A stretch of DNA of 63,863 nt, filler included. It is 4 parts of 4 records of this genome, joined end to end, with 100 filler letters (N's around TTAATTAATTAA, not from the genome) between each part and the next. Parts side by side here need not be neighbours in the genome. Positions count along the whole stretch, not along the records: positions 51,555 to 63,863 come from SRR20825019_2126; 3 more parts are not named here. The stretch is one strand, 5' to 3'. Position numbers and translations under genes: made by a program. Below the pieces are notes generated by a model that did not search any database, was not told the DNA's origin, and saw only the letters and a program-made list of their open reading frames with translations. Shown here one piece after another: positions 60,648 through 63,863 of the stretch. The stretch's first letter is position 1; the number at the start of each line of letters is the position of its first letter.

Positions 60648-61639
60648 CAGCCCCGCTTTTGGATGTACGCGGCCTCAGCGTCACCTTGATGCGCGGCAAT
60701 GCTGAATTGCCGGTGCTGCAGGACGTATCGTTTCACGTCGATCCCGGCGAGGTGCTCGGCATCGTCGGTGAAAGCGGCGCGGGCAAGTCGCTGACCGGCG
60801 CTGCCGTCATCAATCTGCTTGTCCCGCCTCTGAGACGCAGCAATGGAGAGATCACGCTTCGCGGCGACCGGCTCGATCAGATGACGCCATCCGCGATGCG
60901 CCATGTTCGCGGCAAACGGATCGGCTTCATTTTCCAGGACCCGATGACCAGTCTCAATCCGGTTCTGACCATCGGACGGCAGTTGACGGACACCATGCGT
61001 CGCCACCTGCCCCTGTCCAAGGCCGCGGCAAGAGCGCGCGCGCTTGACTGGATCACCCGCGTCGGCCTGCCCGATCCCGCGCGCATCATGTCGGCGGCGC
61101 CGCATGAGCTTTCCGGCGGCCAGCGGCAACGCATCGTGATTGCGCTGGCGCTCTGCGCCGAGCCGGAGCTTGTGATCGCCGACGAGCCGACCACGGCGCT
61201 CGATGTCTCCGTCCAGGCGCATATGCTTCAGCTTCTGCGCGACCTTCACCGCGAAACCGGCACGGCGATGATGCTGATCACCCATGATCTTGGGGTCATC
61301 GCCAAGATGGCCGACCGCGTTGCCGTTTTCTATGCCGGCCGGCTGGTGGAAACGGCGCCAGCCCGTGAACTGCTCAGCGCGCCCGGCCACCCCTATACCG
61401 CTGGATTGATGCGGGCGATGCCGGCCCCGGACGAAACGGGAAAGATGCGCGTCACCGCCATCCCCGGCGCAATGCCCGGCGTCGGCAAACTGCCGCCCGG
61501 CTGCGCCTTCCATCCTCGCTGTGGCAGAGCGTCTGGCCCCTGCATGAACATCGTCCCGGAATTGAAGAACAGCCTTGCCTGTCACTTCCCGCTCCACGCG
61601 GGCGCGCCGGCACTGGAGGAGGTCAGCCATGAGCAATGA
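60644..61639 (+). CDS. ABC ATP-binding protein (DppD-like)
   Basis: GESGAGKS, FQDPM, LSGGQRQR, DEPTTALD, C-terminal Cys motif. Confidence 0.94.
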   Translation: MTAPLLDVRGLSVTLMRGNAELPVLQDVSFHVDPGEVLGIVGESGAGKSLTGAAVINLLVPPLRRSNGEITLRGDRLDQMTPSAMRHVRGKRIGFIFQDPMTSLNPVLTIGRQLTDTMRRHLPLSKAAARARALDWITRVGLPDPARIMSAAPHELSGGQRQRIVIALALCAEPELVIADEPTTALDVSVQAHMLQLLRDLHRETGTAMMLITHDLGVIAKMADRVAVFYAGRLVETAPARELLSAPGHPYTAGLMRAMPAPDETGKMRVTAIPGAMPGVGKLPPGCAFHPRCGRASGPCMNIVPELKNSLACHFPLHAGAPALEEVSHEQ

Positions 61640-62600
61640 TGAAGTCCTCATCCTGAACCGCGTCAGCAAGACCTTTGGCGGCAAGGCCAGCGCGCTGGAA
61701 AAACTTTTCGGCCGCAAGCCGCGGGGATTGAGAGCGGTCAACGAAGTCAGCTTCACGATCCACAAGGGCCAGGTGCTTGGGCTTGTGGGCGAATCCGGCT
61801 GCGGCAAGTCCACGCTCGCGCGCGTTGCCGCGGGACTTCTGCGGCCCAGCGAAGGCGACGTCGGCGGCAGTTGGAAGGGCCGCCAGCAGATGATCTTTCA
61901 GGACCCGTTTTCGTCGCTCAATCCCCGCTGGCGGGTTCGCGACATCATCGCCGAGCCGATCCGGATCCACCGCCTGCGGCCGGAAGTCGAAATCGCCGAC
62001 CGGGTCACCGAGCTGCTGGAACAGGTGGGGCTGTCGGGGTCCGACGGCGAAAAATTTCCCCAGGCGTTTTCGGGGGGCCAGCGGCAACGCATCTCGATCG
62101 CCAGGGCTCTCGCCGGAGAGCCCGGATTTCTGATCCTCGACGAGCCGACATCTGCCCTCGATGTCTCGGTTCAGGCCCAGATCCTGGGCCTCCTGAAGGA
62201 TCTGCAGACGCGGCTGCACCTCACAAGCCTGTTCATTACCCATAACCTCCCGGTTGTCCGCTTGATGGCCGACCGTATCGGGGTGATGTATCTCGGCGAA
62301 CTGGTCGAGATGGCGCCCGCCGAGAAGATATTCGAGCGGCCGCGCCACCCCTACACGCGCATGCTGATCGACGCCGTGCCCGATCTCGATGTGACCGACC
62401 GCACGCTGCACCCGATTCCCGGCGAGCTGCCCGATCCCTCCGATCGACAGTCCGGCTGCGCGTTTCGAACGCGCTGTCCTTTCGCCAAGGATATCTGCGC
62501 CGAAAACCGCCCTCCCATGCGCATCGACGGAGCATCGGAACTCAGATGCCATTTCGACCTCGACCTGACAGAAGCGAAGGCGGCGGGGCCAAAACCATGA
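61629..62600 (+). CDS. ABC ATP-binding protein (DppF-like)
   Basis: GESGCGKST, FSGGQRQR, DEPTSALD, HPYT. Confidence 0.94.
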   Translation: MSNDEVLILNRVSKTFGGKASALEKLFGRKPRGLRAVNEVSFTIHKGQVLGLVGESGCGKSTLARVAAGLLRPSEGDVGGSWKGRQQMIFQDPFSSLNPRWRVRDIIAEPIRIHRLRPEVEIADRVTELLEQVGLSGSDGEKFPQAFSGGQRQRISIARALAGEPGFLILDEPTSALDVSVQAQILGLLKDLQTRLHLTSLFITHNLPVVRLMADRIGVMYLGELVEMAPAEKIFERPRHPYTRMLIDAVPDLDVTDRTLHPIPGELPDPSDRQSGCAFRTRCPFAKDICAENRPPMRIDGASELRCHFDLDLTEAKAAGPKP

Positions 62601-62613
62601 AACGAGAACGGAC

Positions 62614-63801
62614 ATGAAAAGACTTGAGATAAAACCCGGGAGCCCGTTATCGGCAATCCGCGGCAATCTGGCCGATATCGAAACCGAGAATATCGCCGCA
62701 CTGGCATCGCGGGCCAAAGACAAGCCGGACCTGATCGAATTGTGGTATGGCGAAGGCGATATCGTCACGCCAGACTTCATCCGCAAGGCTGCCCGGCAAA
62801 GCCTGGATCAAGGCGAAACGTTCTATGTCCCGCAAATGGCAGGACGCCCGGATCTCAGCGCGGCGCTTGCCACGTACCAGTCGGACCTGCATGGCGTCAC
62901 GCTCGACGCTGACCGCACCACCGTTACGCCCGGCGGGATGCAAGCTGTGCATCTGGCGCTGTCGCTCATTCTGGAGGCCGGAGACAACGCCGTCTACATC
63001 GAGCCGCAGTGGCCCAATATCCGCCACGCCATCCAGATCGCGGGCGCCGAGGCGCGCCCGGTTTCCCTCTCGCTGCAGGACGGCGCGTGGAACCTCGATC
63101 TCGACGCGGTTTTCGACGCATGCGATGCGCGCACAAGGGCAATCGTATGTTCCAGCCCCTCCAACCCCTGCGGCTGGATGGCCGACCTGGATCTTTATCG
63201 CCAGTTGCTGGAATTCTCCCGCAAGACCGGCATATGGATCATTTCGGACGAAGTCTATTCGCGGCTGGTGCGCGATGGCCGCTCTGCGCCTTCGCTGTTG
63301 CAGGTCGCGGAGCCCGAAGATCTGGCGCTCTGCGTCAACGGTTTTTCCAAGGCATGGGCGATGACCGGCTGGCGGATCGGCTGGCTCAACCATCCGGCCT
63401 CAATCGCCCCGGTGGTGCGGGCGATGACGCAGTATATCAATTCGGGAACGGCGCCTTTCGTCCAGGCCGGCGCCCTGGCGGCGGTGACCAAGGGAGAGGA
63501 CACTGTCCGGATGATCCGCGACCGGCTCAGCAACGGCATCAATGCCGCCTATGAGGAGCTATCCCGTTCCAACGCGATCATCCTGCCCGAAAAGCCCGCG
63601 GGCGGCATGTATGCCTTCTTCAGGATAGAAGGCCAGGATGATGCCAATGAGGCATGCATCAACATGGTCGAAAAGGCCCATGTCGGACTGGCGCCCGGCG
63701 GCATGTTCGGCAACGCCTTCAAAGGCTGGATCCGCATGTGCATCGCCCGTGAAGAGGAGAAGATCAGAACAGCCTGCGAACGTCTGGCAATGTCGCTCTA
63801 G
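62614..63801 (+). CDS. PLP-dependent class I/II aminotransferase (AspC-like)
   Basis: PSNPCG, SDEVY, FSKAWAMTGWRIG. Confidence 0.92.
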   Translation: MKRLEIKPGSPLSAIRGNLADIETENIAALASRAKDKPDLIELWYGEGDIVTPDFIRKAARQSLDQGETFYVPQMAGRPDLSAALATYQSDLHGVTLDADRTTVTPGGMQAVHLALSLILEAGDNAVYIEPQWPNIRHAIQIAGAEARPVSLSLQDGAWNLDLDAVFDACDARTRAIVCSSPSNPCGWMADLDLYRQLLEFSRKTGIWIISDEVYSRLVRDGRSAPSLLQVAEPEDLALCVNGFSKAWAMTGWRIGWLNHPASIAPVVRAMTQYINSGTAPFVQAGALAAVTKGEDTVRMIRDRLSNGINAAYEELSRSNAIILPEKPAGGMYAFFRIEGQDDANEACINMVEKAHVGLAPGGMFGNAFKGWIRMCIAREEEKIRTACERLAMSL

Positions 63802-63834
63802 CAGTTTTTCGACAAACCTGTCCCCACACTCCAG

Positions 63835-63863
63835 GTCATCCTCGGGCTTGACCCGAGGATCCA
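63835..63863. repeat. Alphaproteobacterial REP-like palindrome at the contig end
   Basis: GTCATCCTCGGGCTTGACCCGAGGATCCA hairpin. Confidence 0.75.

Overview
This window is not one genome. It is four unrelated contigs joined by 100-bp artificial spacers (44 N + TTAATTAATTAA + 44 N). (1) 1-18741: Verrucomicrobiota/Opitutae-like housekeeping DNA (HD hydrolase, GH43, dGTPase, ogt, tdh-kbl-cdd, hisS, HU, ubiE/menG, erpA-like, Ser/Thr kinase-rpoN, tsaD, ctpA, rpmB, truncated hybrid kinase) with small inverted-repeat elements. (2) 18842-44203: AT-richer Flavobacteriaceae-like DNA with a full suf operon extended by two uncharacterised genes, thiL, brnQ, pepP, rimK, a LytS/LytTR pair, sdhCAB, an orphan vsr, and a cI/cro-like divergent regulator pair with GTAA-N5-TTAC operators. 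It also holds small genes missed by the ORF track and a candidate structured RNA. (3) 44304-51454: a second, GC-richer Opitutae-like contig (beta-CASP nuclease, apaG, purH, M48, M20) whose intergenic spaces are mosaics of REP families, nested palindromes and heptamer arrays. (4) 51555-63863: a Rhizobiales-like catabolic cluster with an IacA-like two-component flavin monooxygenase and LysR regulator, divergent from a peptide-type ABC importer carrying an ArgE-like deacylase and an aminotransferase, plus a second M20 hydrolase. Best leads: the phage-switch-like regulator with visible operators and an apparently lost Ala-Gly cleavage site, the IacA-like/ABC/amidohydrolase cluster, and the REP-in-REP and heptamer repeat architecture. 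Taxonomic and family calls come from motif recognition, not database searches. No rRNA, tRNA, CRISPR array or transposase was seen.
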